Under the pieces are notes generated by a model, which saw only the letters and a list, made by a program, of their open reading frames with translations, had not been told where the DNA came from and ran no database searches. The position numbers were made by a program, and so were the translations under genes. Source: the human T2T-CHM13v2.0 reference genome, Homo sapiens. From it: a stretch of 64,000 nt of DNA. The stretch lies in assembly GCF_009914755.1 (NCBI RefSeq), contig NC_060935.1; one strand, 5' to 3'. Each line of letters starts with the position of its first letter. Position 1 is the stretch's first letter. Below, in pieces: positions 44,401 to 64,000 of this stretch.

Positions 44401-46825
44401 GAGGCTGGCTTTTCTGGCAATGGAAGCCATGTTCTTCAAACAAATGTCAGTGTTGAGGTTTCTCTGCCGTGTTGTCTTCTTGCATTTAGAGCACTGGGCA
44501 GGAACTGCCATGTCTTGCCAGTTGAGGTACAAACAAGACCGGCAAAAGCTGTGCCCACAGTCTATGGTGACTGGGTCTAGGAAGTAGTTCATGTAGATGG
44601 GACAGGTGAGTGCCCTCTGGAATACTTGCGAGATTCCAGAATTCATGTTTCTGAAGAAGAAAGAGCAGCATGTCATTTTGGGGTCTGGGTTGGTGAAAAT
44701 CTGTGAACATGTGGTGATATGTGATAGCTATATTTTCTTCTTGACAGTGCTCATTAAAGCAGAACAAACTATTTCCTCTGTAACAAAAATGAAAAATTCA
44801 TACACAAAGAGAGTCTTTAGGCTTTTTAGCAGACACTACTGACTAGATGACACACAACCTCTTCTACTCCTAATTCCTGCCCATAACATAATGCAAATCT
44901 TTTCAAAAACCTATTCCCTGGATGTCGATATGAAAGTCGGGTTTTAATCTTAAGTGGTCTAGAATAAAACATGCTTGTCCCTATTTCTCTTTCAAATAAC
45001 TACTGAATGACTATGGGAGAGGAGTAGAAAACCTACGTTGGGTAACAAAACATGGGAAGACGGTCAGAGGGCGCTGTGACATATTTTTAGAGAGAGGGAC
45101 CCAGAAGCCGGCTCTTTAAAACAAAAACAACCCCAGAACAAACCAACCGACCAGATAAACAAAAAGGCAGCAATTAAACCAAGCTGGGATCACTAGGAGA
45201 TAAAATAAATAATGAAAAATATTGGGTTTATTTTTCTTACGGCTTAAATTAACTTCTTCTTTGGGCTACTCAATCTATGAACTGACATATAGTCAGTTTT
45301 CTAAAAACTGAAATGTAATTATATTACAATGGTATTATGGTTAATTTTAGGTGTTGACTTGACTGGATTAAATAATACATGGAGAACTGGTAAAGCATTA
45401 TTTCTGGGTGAGTCTGTGAAGGTGTTTCCAGAGAGACATGTAAGTTGGTGAGCTGAGTGGGGAACAGCAGCCCTCAATGTGGGTGGACACTATCCAATCA
45501 GCTGGTAGCTCAGACTGAATCTAAAGGGCAGAGAGAAGGCAGTTTCCTCTCTTTCTCCTGAAGCTGATTCTAACTCAGCCAGGATATTGGTATCTCCAGG
45601 ACACTACCTTAATGACAGCCTATGTTCAACTTCTCAGACTCCATAATCAAGGGAACAAATTTCCCTAGTGGACTTCCTCTCCTGTACAGTGTCATGTGTA
45701 GAGTGAGAACAGATATATGATCTGAGGGACACATTAGACAGTCTCATTATTGTTTGAACATCATAGGGTATACTTACACAAACCTCGATGGTATAGCCTA
45801 CTACACACCTATGGTATACAGTATAGCATATTGTTCCTAGGCTACAAACCTGTATGGTATACGATCGGCAATTGTACCACAATTGTAAGTATTTTGGGTA
45901 TATATACATATATATAGTTATGTACACATCCTATGGTTCTGTCTCTCTGGAGAACCCTGACCAATACAAACTGTAATCTTTGCCTTGGCAGTTTGAAGTC
46001 CTTTACCTTACTCTTTTTTACTAAACACTGCTGAATTTAAGTGCCAACAGTGAAAATTTAAGAATTGCAAATATTTTTCAGAAGTCATCTAAGCCATTTC
46101 AAGGAATTGTTCATAGTTTCACGTGAGGTAAGCCTCAATTAAAATGACAACTGGTATCAAGTATCAAGTTATTCCTTATGCAGTTATCTGCTAAACAATT
46201 GTGTTTTGATTTCTAAGCTAGGATATTTTGGAGAGCATTCTTATTTCTTTAGTATCACCATTTTTAACTCATCATTGCCTCAGTAACTTTAAATCCTGTC
46301 TAAAAGCTTCAGGTTATGAAAGCACAACATTTACAGTATTCAATAATTATCCTTTTTTACTTAATTAAGTGTACCAATATTAGTACATGCAGTACACATA
46401 TATATGTTTTAATGTGAATTCCATATATTCATGATGCATACATATCTATTGCAGCAAACACTAGATATCTAAAATTTTTCAAAAATATATTAAACACTTT
46501 TGGAACACACAAAATAACAATTAAAAACCTCATGTCATAAAATGAATAGCAATAATATGAGTTAAAAATAAGATCATTAAGTAAGTTTAGACAGTTAGAT
46601 ATTTTTGTCACGGTAATTTACTATTTTAAAGGAAGAGAGAAATAATTTTCTCCATAAACGTTGCACTCACCCCAAGGTTCTATGAATGTTTCTGGCAGTG
46701 ATTCTTCCAAGAGAAAATTCTTTTAAGTACTCCCCAAGATCAGGACCTCGTTCCCTGCAGAGTTGACTTTCAGAGGTCACCTGAATGCAGTTAACTCTAA
46801 GTGCTGTCCTCCTCTGGAGAAATAT
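38462..46825 (-). pseudogene. TRIM51: TRIM51-family gene/pseudogene (from memory probably TRIM51FP). Exons: ~46825-46671 and 45113-45037 (5'UTR, predicted), 44650-44236, 43952-43856, 42045-41815, 41100-41078, 40133-40036, 38961-38462
   Basis: MNSGISQVFQRALTCPIYMNYFLDPVTIDCGHSFC..., DYVSLRIEAIRAEYQKM...KADVELLQ and RSMNVGCDPQDDPDIT...LRPIFCCSHF* are TRIM51-type. Lesions: RING Cys to Tyr, a +1 A in the 96-nt exon (stop at 43907-43905) and that exon's donor GT changed to TT. Confidence 0.9.
45332..45968 (+). mobile_element. MLT2 (ERVL) solo LTR interrupted by a Tigger3/MER7-like fragment (~45686-45925)
   Basis: ggttaattttaggtgttgacttgactggatta...ggttctgtctctctggagaaccctgaccaataca, with internal tacttacacaaacctcgatggtatagcctactacacacct. 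Confidence 0.72.
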
Positions 46826-46980
46826 GAGCTTGTCTCTTCTACATCCTTTTATGTGAACCTTTGAAGACCACACCCACCTCTTTAGTGATATTTAGGGTAT
46901 TAAGAAAGGTGGAGACAGAGATGATTAGATTTCTGCAATATTTAGTACACGCCTTTTCATCACTGATTAAATTAGCATCA
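46820..46980 (-). promoter_or_regulatory. putative TRIM51-like promoter
   Basis: CATAAAAG 46853-46846, GGGTGTGG 46875-46868, AAATCTAATCA 46932-46922 and a perfect TAATTTAATCA 46974-46964. Strong donor G|GTGAGT at 46671/46670. Confidence 0.6.
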
Positions 46981-47156
46981 CACTATCATTGTAAAAACCA
47001 CTGCCTGAATGAGGCATATCTATCATCAGTCTTATCAGAGTAAACGTATGCTAGAAATTAACTAAAATTGATTAATACTGTTTCTTGAGTTTCTTCCCAA
47101 GGCACAAGCATTCCTCCAAGTGCACATTTATTTATTTATACCAAAGAAAGTTTCAC

Positions 47157-47285
47157 CCTCTGGAGTGCAGTGGCACAATCTTAGCTCACTGCAGCCTTGA
47201 ATTCCAGGGCTCAAGTAATCCTCCCACTTTAGCTTTCAAAGTAAAAGAGACTAGAGGTTTATGCCATTGCACCTAGCTAATTTTT
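47157..47285 (-). mobile_element. Alu fragment (AluJ-like)
   Basis: ctggagtgcagtggcacaatcttagctcactgcagcc...cacctagctaatttt. Confidence 0.7.
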
Positions 47286-48114
47286 CATTTATTCATCAAA
47301 ACTATTTTTAAAATTCTTAGGTGATTACATGTGTTACAGTGACCAGCTGGATTAGAATTAGATTAGGTTTAAAACGATGAAAGAATCTGGGAGAGGGGGC
47401 AGAGTGTTGGTTGTTAATTAGCACATGGATCAAAGGAGATTACTGATGTGTTTAGAAGCCACAACATTGACAGAATGAAAGCCAGAACTAACAATCCAAT
47501 GGTAAATCTCTTTACTGTGGTATTTTCTGCCATTTCTGCTCCATAAGACACACCTTAACCACCTTGTCATGGTATCCGCAGTATTCGATTTTAGTCTAAA
47601 TAGCATTTTCTCTCAAATGCACTCTGTTTCTCTCTCCTTCATCTTCCCTCACTTCTTCCTTCCAGCTCTATTTTTTCACTAGAGAACACTAATAGAATGT
47701 TCTCCCAAATTTCAGATTTCAGATACGCATCTGTAAAATAATCTTATGGAGACACATTTTAGTTGCTACTGCATACTTGGTTGTTTTCATAAGTTCACAG
47801 CATTACTACTGTCCTCCAAAAAATGGTTTCCCATTTCCACAGCTAATCTCATCATTGACTCTGCCATCCAAGTTTATTCTATGCCACTCTGGAAGAATCT
47901 GGAAAAATACTTAAAATACATTTTAAGTATTCATCATGCACATGTATTGCATTTTATTTTGTATATGTTCGGGTGAATATCTTCCTCCACTAATTGTTTG
48001 CATTTCAACTCTTGTATCATGTTTTTTGAAACACAGAAGTCGTCATTAATATAAACCAACTAATTTTTTTAATTGTTGATTTTTGTCCCGGTTAAGAAAT
48101 CCTTATGAGAATAT

Positions 48115-48585
48115 TTTCATGTGCATCTGTGCAAAGAGACCACCAAACAGGCTTAGTGTGAGCAACATGGTTGTTTATTTCACCTGGGTGCAGGTGGGCT
48201 GAGTCCGAAAAGCGAGTCAGCAACGGGAGATAAGGGTGGGGCCATTTTATAGGATTTGGGAAGGTAATGGAAAATTACAGTCAAAGGGGTTGTTCTCTGG
48301 TGGGCAGGGGTGGATCTCACAAAGTACATTCTCAAGGGTGGGGAGAATTACAAAGAACCTTCTTAAGGGTGGGGGAGACTACAAAGTACCTTCTTAAGGG
48401 TGGGGGAGATTACAAAGTACATTTATCAGTTAGGTTGGCGCAGGAACAAATCACAGTGGTGGAATGTCATCAGTTAAGGCTGTTTTTACTTCTTTTGTGG
48501 ATCTTCAGTTACTTTAGGCCATCTGGATGTATACGTGCAAGTCACAGGGGATGCAATGGCCTGGCCTGGGCTCAGAGGCCTGACA
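48115..48585 (-). mobile_element. solo HERV-H LTR (LTR7Y-like) with 5-bp TSD AATAT
   Basis: Minus strand TGTCAGGCCTCTGAGCCCAGGCCAGGCC...GATGGCCTAAAGTAAC...CCTATAAAA...AATAAA...CATGAAA. AATAT at 48110-48114 and 48586-48590. Confidence 0.9.
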
Positions 48586-49284
48586 AATATTGTATCATGT
48601 TCCCCTTACCTTCAGGACTTGAATCTATTTGGAAATGACTGTGTGTGTTTTGAGGTAGGAGTCAATATTTAGTTATTTTTTAAAATTCAACTAATCCAGC
48701 ATTGTTCTGACCACCTTGTGTATTTCAATGTAGAAGAGCACACTAATAATGCAGGATTATTTATCTATGTGGTGAGAATTCCAAAATGAAGCCCAGCATG
48801 GAAGGTCAAATAATATTAACTCAAAGGATAGATTAGTAAAATGAAATGTGATGGATAAGTGCAATATAGTAAGGTAAAGAGAAAGAAAAACATTTCCCAG
48901 CTATCATTAAGACTTCACTCCAAGCTTTTGCATGAAGCAAAAGATCCCGACTCTCTTCCATTGATTTTAACTCCATTCAGACATGTCTGTCATTTATTAT
49001 TTCACTCAGTGGCAGTCAGAAATAAAGAAAAAAAAACAGAATATGTTGTATGCCATGATCATGAATAATGATTTTTCAAAAATTAATAAAGAACCAATAC
49101 ATACACTTTCAGTGTTTTTACCACTTTTAATAGTAACACAATAAATGAGTTTCAATAACATTAGGAGGCAATTGAAGACATAAAACAGAACCTATTTGTC
49201 CTGTTTGATAAGGCACAAGGAAGAGGGCTTCCTGGAATAAAGGGGTTCTCACAGCAGATGAACACATTTCTGATTGATCTCTGG

Positions 49285-51859
49285 TCAGAGGTGAATACAC
49301 CGAAAGATAGGCCTGAGAGGAGGTGAGAAGGAGCAATTAGGGATGGTGTATATAGGGAAGCTTTGATTAACATCAACGAAGCTCACAGTTCTAGCTTCAC
49401 AATCCAGGAATAATCCTATGAGGCTGGTAGGTCTTGGGATATATTGCAGTGTAAGTGAGGAGGTGGTAAAGAAACTGCACTGAATGTCATTCTTGACATA
49501 TCCAAGACTAAAGAGTCCCTCCTCTCCATGTATATTGTCATTCTGATTCTTCCCTTTCCAGCACTTATTACAGACACCAAAAGCCCAATTCCAAGAGTCC
49601 CCCAAATGGACCTCCCAGTAATATTTGCCGGAGGTGAAAATCTGAGCACATCATGAAAGAAAACTTGTAGATGTTGCAATGATATGGGGCGGATTTTGAC
49701 GGTCACATCCAATGCACATGCTTCTCAAATCTCCACATCGAAAGATATGACTGTTGGCTCATCATGATTCAGAGTAATATCCACTGTGAAAATAAATAAA
49801 TAAATAAAAGAGAAAGAAACAAAACATACATAGACATGTGTCAATAAGCAAAAATTGTTCTATCAAGAAGTTAATTTACCAGGAAATGTAAAGTCACAAG
49901 GACAATTTTGCTTGTAACCTCTAATAAAGCATAGAGATGATTAATTTTAACTACAAGACAAACAAAACACTAACCACAGGTATTAAAAATGTTTTGAAAA
50001 CTTACATATTGAGAGCCAAATGTAAGACCAACTTCTTTCAATCCAATTTTCAAAGCAAAATTTGCACATTGTATGCCCTAAATAGTATGCTGTTATCAAG
50101 ATCATTATTTAGAAATGTTTCTTATTCTTAAAAACTAGTGCTATCATTTTGGAAAGAATGTGAAGATTTTCAGTTACTCCAGAACTGCTCTTGATGACTG
50201 GATAAAAATCCATAAGTACATGTCATAAGTGACAATTTAAAGCAGATTTCTGGTAAATCTTTTACCAGTCTCTCTGTGGTCCTCCATGCTAGCGTGGGGC
50301 TGAAGCTGGATTTTAAACTTAACCTGTCGCCTTTCATATTGCAATTAAACTGAACTTCTTTTTCTTTGTAATTTTACTTGTATTCACAAAATGATTTCTT
50401 CTTTTTATGATTACCCATTAACTAATTTTTTTGCAATTCATGATACATATCCATTTAAAAAATTAAAAACCCCCAGCAATCCCCAGTAAACCATAATCCC
50501 CAAAAGAACAGTTCTTAGCTGTTCAAATGAATTACACTAAGGAAATGTAAAATTTTGTATTTCACATAAACAACTCACCTTCATTCTGAGCATTGTTCCA
50601 TTTGCTCCTTTTTAAAATTTGCTACACTACCTCTTTTTCCCATTACATTACTCAGTACATATGAGGCCAAAATGTATTTGGCTTTCACTATCTTTCAAAC
50701 TTAATGCTATAAATCTGACTACACAGACACATATACAAAAGGGTTGCATGATTATGTTGTTCACTTATGTCTATAAAGAAGTGAAATATTTGATAAAGGG
50801 TGAAATATTACCTATGTGGTCCTAACAGCAATAATATTTAGATAGTGGGATAGCTGCCTATGGGTGCAGACTTACCTCAGAATTAGATGAGCCTGTCCCT
50901 CAGTCCAGTGATGGGCCCTGCACTGAGCTCTAGATTCAGAGGCTGGGACATGTGCAGTAGCACGGACTCACTCCTGGAAGGAAAAACCTGCAGTTACAAC
51001 ATCTACAGCCATAAAATAAATAAAAATCACTATTTCTGTTTAAAAGACAGTTCATGAGAATCCTCTGAATCCACAAATTTGATTATTCAAAAATTATTCC
51101 TTCCTTTTTGGAATTAATTTCTATTTACAGTTTCCAAATTTTAAAGCATAGTGGGAGAGCCTGAGTCAGAATTCAGTCTGATCTTTCTTTTTTTCTGCCC
51201 CACATGTGTAAGGTTCCTTAGCCTTATGGCCTTGAGAATATTTGGAAATGAAATTCTGAGTTAAACTTCTTGGCAGACTCCCCTGACCTCTTTGTCTGAA
51301 ATAGCGGGGTTCTGGGGAGACTGCTGCATCTGCTGCATACTTTTCAAGATAAAGAATGTGAAACTTGTTCCAGGCAGCTAGACGTGCCTTTTAGAAACAA
51401 GCTTCCCTAGAGACTTATACAGTTCTAACACTCCACAGTTTTTTCAACCTGTTTTCCAGGAGTGTTAACTGATATGTATGTAGGTATGAACAACAAATCA
51501 TCAACTTTTTCACTGCTAAAATACTTCCTCCACTTCTCTCCTGCTTCCTCTGGTGACTTTCTCACCATCCACAAAACAAAACTTTATCTTTCACCTATGC
51601 AGGCTTTAAAGCAATAAAACAGAATCAGGAATAAACTTTTTTTTTTTATTTCACTATGTATGTTGGTATGTATGTTTTTATTTAGTGTTCTTGTGTTTTC
51701 TGGTGTGAGAGTAAAGCAGATGCAAAAAAAAGGTAGTATCAATATCTGAATCATTTATGCCATGACTTTGGTAGAGCCTGCTTTGATATTCATGGAAACT
51801 GAAAGAATATATGCTAAAATCTAGGTAAACACTCACCTGTGTAATATGTCTCCAAAACC
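49285..51859 (-). pseudogene. TRIM49/TRIM53-type pseudogene, second 3' fragment (exons 51859-51837, 50973-50876, 49783-49285)
   Basis: Inverted paralog of 12984-15568 with the same TAA TTC TGA stops, plus a 1-nt deletion and a Trp-to-TGA change in the SPRY exon. No upstream exons; intron homology ends at ~52310. Confidence 0.9.
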
Positions 51860-53744
51860 CTGTAAAAAAATAATAGAAATATGTAGTACATTTCACTAGA
51901 TGCATCTTTCACCAAGTTCAGTGTGAAATTTGGAGTCAGTTTCTAAAGATATTATTTCCCTACCATCTGGAAAGCATTTTCTATTTCTTCTGTAATGAAA
52001 AACCCAGTTAGTCATTTTGTCATTAATTAATGTCCTGGTAAAGTCTGAGTCTTGAAGACATTCTCTCCAGAAGTGAAGGGAGAAGAGGCCCAGGGAGTCT
52101 ATGCTCTGTGGTAACTTCAAATAACCTACTCAGTCATCTCTCCCAGGACCTATTACCCAAATGAGTGGACCTCAAAATAATGTTAATGTGAGCCTAGATT
52201 CCCAAAACTTCTGATCTTGCCATGTCCTCAAATTAACCTAAATGTAAATGAATCACTCACTATTTTATACATGTTAAACAACCCAAAATAGATTATTGAC
52301 TTAGAAATGATTCAGTAGGTGCATTTCTCCAACATGTTTGTGCCAATATAGGAGTTGGCCAAGAAGAAGACTGACATCTTCAACAAGTGAATTTTACCTC
52401 TGTGTGCAGGAAACTCCCATTTATTGCCGTGTCCCATGCAGCAGGAAAGCTGGAAAAAAGTAGGAGGGACAAAAGTATTTGGCTTTAAGGAAATCACCTG
52501 GTGTTTCTCACAATGCTTTTATTCCCGTCCCATAGGTTCAAAATTAGGCAGATGGGATACCAAGTTGTAATGTATCTGGGAATGCTGTTTACACTCTAAA
52601 CCATATTTATTCTTATCATTTGATTCAGAAAACAAATTAAATGACTGGCACAACTGAAAATAACCCAAGAGATTTGTTCAATGAAACAAAGCTGAACCTC
52701 AACCAAACAGATAAGCTGCTGCCTAAGGTCAGCACCAGTTCTTAGTTATTCAAGAGTGAGTAAACCCTGCTTTTTACCACTGTCGAGGTGTCCAGCGTTG
52801 TCATTTTTAGAGCCTGGCTAGCTGAGGGTTATGTGGCAAGAAACATCTTATTTGTATTTTAGTCCCTTAAATGAACGATTTGGATAGGAATGATTCTCCA
52901 AATTTTGAAAATACTTATCAGAAATATTCTCTTATTCCTTCACTCTATGCCACATAGACTATAATAAACTGTCTCTCTTCTGCCTCCACATATTTCATGC
53001 AGAACATTAGGGGTTAGCAGAGAGAAAGCTTATCACCAGCTTCTTTTGGACTAGCTGCTTTTTTCCAAGTGATCTGAGATGATAAAATTACTCACTTTAG
53101 GGCTCCAACCTAGCACTCCTTTTTGATTTTCACCTATGTTTTGTGAGCTTTTCTATTGATGCTAAAACTCTATGCAACAGTCAAAGCCTCATCATTTAAT
53201 TACATTATTTCTTGCTAGATTTCAAGGAAAAATTTATTCCTGACATTCTTCTAATTTAGCTCAGATTCACTTTGGCAGAAAGACAGAATTAGCTACTTTA
53301 CGATCACTTAGTGTTTGACTCTGATTTTGGAAGATGCAGCAGTTTTTGAGTCTATTTACCATATTTTCTTAGCCATTTAACCAAGATAATCTTATTGTGT
53401 TGATTCTCCTAGAGATACTTACTTTATTTATTCTCTTCACCTGTCAGAATTTATGTTAGAATATCACCAAGACTTACTCACAATTGAAATAAATCAAAGA
53501 GAGACCACTAAGAACGTTGTCAATCATTAATATGTAAATCTTGAACTTCCTGAGATTTTTATCCCTAAAAGAAGTTATTTATCAATAGCCTGGTTACAGT
53601 TTTTTTTAATACAAGAATTTTCACTCTTCTACAGTACAAAAAGTAAAAATTGATAAAGAGGATAACTTGGAAAAAAAATAATCTAACCAAACAGAGACAC
53701 ATTCTTGACTAGCACTTTATATCTGTACTAAATTTAGGAGACAT

Positions 53745-54150
53745 GTAAATGGCAGGTTTCCTAAGTGAAATAAGACAGACACACAGAGAAAAATACTTCA
53801 TGGTCCCACTCATATTTGAAATTTATTTTTATAAGTTTAATACATTCAAAAAGGTGGTTACATTGGTGGGAAGAAAATAGGTAAATGAAGGGCAAAAGTT
53901 GTAAAGGTGCAGTAATGTAGAATAAATGAATCTGATGTACAACCTGTAGGTATATTAGATAATCTTGTATTGTTTTTGGGAAATATTCTGAGGGACTAGA
54001 TTTTTGGTGTTCTTATCATCAAAAAGAAGCAGAGCTAAGTGATATGATCGATTTGTTAATTTTCTTCATTATAGTAATCATTTCCTTATGCACGTGTATC
54101 TCAAAACGACATATTGTGCACCTTGAAAATATACAATAAAACAAATTTAA
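53745..54150 (+). mobile_element. old L1M 3' fragment
   Basis: ctaagtgaaataagacagacacacagagaaaaatacttcatgg...atattgtgcaccttgaaaatatacaataaaa. Confidence 0.65.
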
Positions 54151-54293
54151 AAATAAAGGTAATTTTGTTCCTGCATGTAAGCTGAAAATAAGTGAAGACT
54201 GGGTCAGTAATAACATTGCTTTGCTGAATTAAGAGAATTCTCATAACATATTTTTAGCTGGGAAGCTATCTGTATTAAATAAAATTGATCTAA

Positions 54294-54593
<300 letters not shown>

Positions 54594-55150
54594 TTATTTT
54601 TTGTAGCCATTTTACCTGAAAGGTATAATTCTTTCTTCTACAATTAATAAATCTGCATATGTCTAGGCCAGCTATATCAGGTAGAGCTTGTCCTCTAGTG
54701 CTTATATCTACAAAACAAGTAAGACAATTATAAGGAGGCTCTAAGCAAAACAATTTTTTCTCATTCTGGACTTTCAGGTCTTAATTCTTTAGACTAATTT
54801 TCTGTCTCAATAGTGGATATCACCCTGAAACTTAATTTGTCCAAACACCTCACATAACCTGAGATTTTACAAAACATATAGTTCGTAGGATCAGTACGTT
54901 CTTATGCCTCAAAATTCTCCAGGCATTCAAGGATACCGCTATGTGGAAACTCAGGCCTTCTACTGCATTACTGAAGAGCACATTTGAGACTCACAGCTCT
55001 GGTTGCAGGAGTCTCTTAACAGGTCTGGACAATGAGTAATGTCAGTCCAGATAATTCTGAGGAAGGCTTTCGGCCTTGTTATGAGGAGGATAATCCATGG
55101 AGACTCTAGACAAGTTCCCAGTCACCATTCCAGCATTTAGTTGCTGTTTT

Positions 55151-55263
55151 TGTAATCCCAGCATTTTGGGAGGCCTAGGCAGGTGGATCACTTGAGGTCA
55201 AGAGTTCAAGACTGGCCTGTTCAACATGGTAAAACTTTGTCTTTACTTCAAATACAAAATTAG
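55151..55263 (+). mobile_element. Alu left-arm fragment
   Basis: tgtaatcccagcattttgggaggcctaggcaggtggatcacttgaggtcaagagttcaagac. Confidence 0.75.
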
Positions 55264-55764
55264 CAGGGGGCGTGGGGTGGGGAATATGCATTAGAAGGGA
55301 AGGAGAACATACTTAACATACCATTGGAAGGTGAAATTCCTAATACTTGAGAATATTTTTGAGAACTGTTTAATTCTCACTATAGAAAGATGTACCCTTT
55401 GAATGACATTAAAAATTCACTAGAAGAGTGAAGAATAATAGTTAAAATGTCACATAAGTCACAAGAGTCTCAAAACATAAAGTGTTCTAAAAGGTTAAAG
55501 TACGTATTTGAGATAGAGGAGAGAATAAATAATAGTTAATTAATTAGACTTTATTATGTGAAAAGACTTTTCTAAAATCTTCCGTAATAATTGAAGATAT
55601 AAATTACAATAATTAAAATATACAAAAAATAAAAGCATGAAAATAGTGAAAAATTTTTAAAAGGGTAAACTTGAAAATTATTTAATTTTTAATCTCAAAA
55701 ATCAGAAAGTGATTTTATCAATGTCCTAAAAAATTAAAATAAAAACAAACAATAATGTAAAAGA

Positions 55765-64000
<8,236 letters not shown>

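Noticed and set aside
55740-55760. AAAAACAAACAATAAT versus AAAAACAAATAAT at ~30330 as the TSD of the ANKRD33B retroinsertion
   Set aside because: Low-complexity, imperfect match with no clear poly(A) tail; insufficient support.

Overview
Human (hominid) genomic DNA from a segmental-duplication mosaic of the primate TRIM43/49/51/53 cluster family. From memory it best fits 11p11.12 next to GRM5P1; this needs BLAT confirmation. No canonical intact cellular protein-coding gene is present. Left to right: (1) a nest of three mobile elements, with a 5'-truncated L1HS (ORF2 open to the window edge) inserted in an old SVA that is itself inserted in a Tigger2; (2) unique or old-repeat DNA containing a candidate orphan exon; (3) a 3' fragment of a TRIM49/53-type pseudogene (+); (4) an old MT-ND1 NUMT abutting SATR1/SATR2-type satellite; (5) a 5'-truncated ANKRD33B retrocopy; (6) a cryptic TRIM43-like 5' pseudogene fragment (-) that the ORF track misses; (7) a complete 8-exon TRIM51-like gene (-) whose frame-disrupting lesions are confined to one skippable exon; (8) a solo LTR7Y; (9) a second, inverted copy of the TRIM49/53 3' fragment; (10) a near full-length ANKRD33B retrocopy carrying an extra 458-nt cassette. 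I see no wholly new biological system. The best leads are an SVA-headed ORF2-open L1HS, a predicted in-frame 420-aa RING-dead TRIM51 isoform, and conserved DUX4/KLF/TATA promoter modules on the TRIM pseudogenes.
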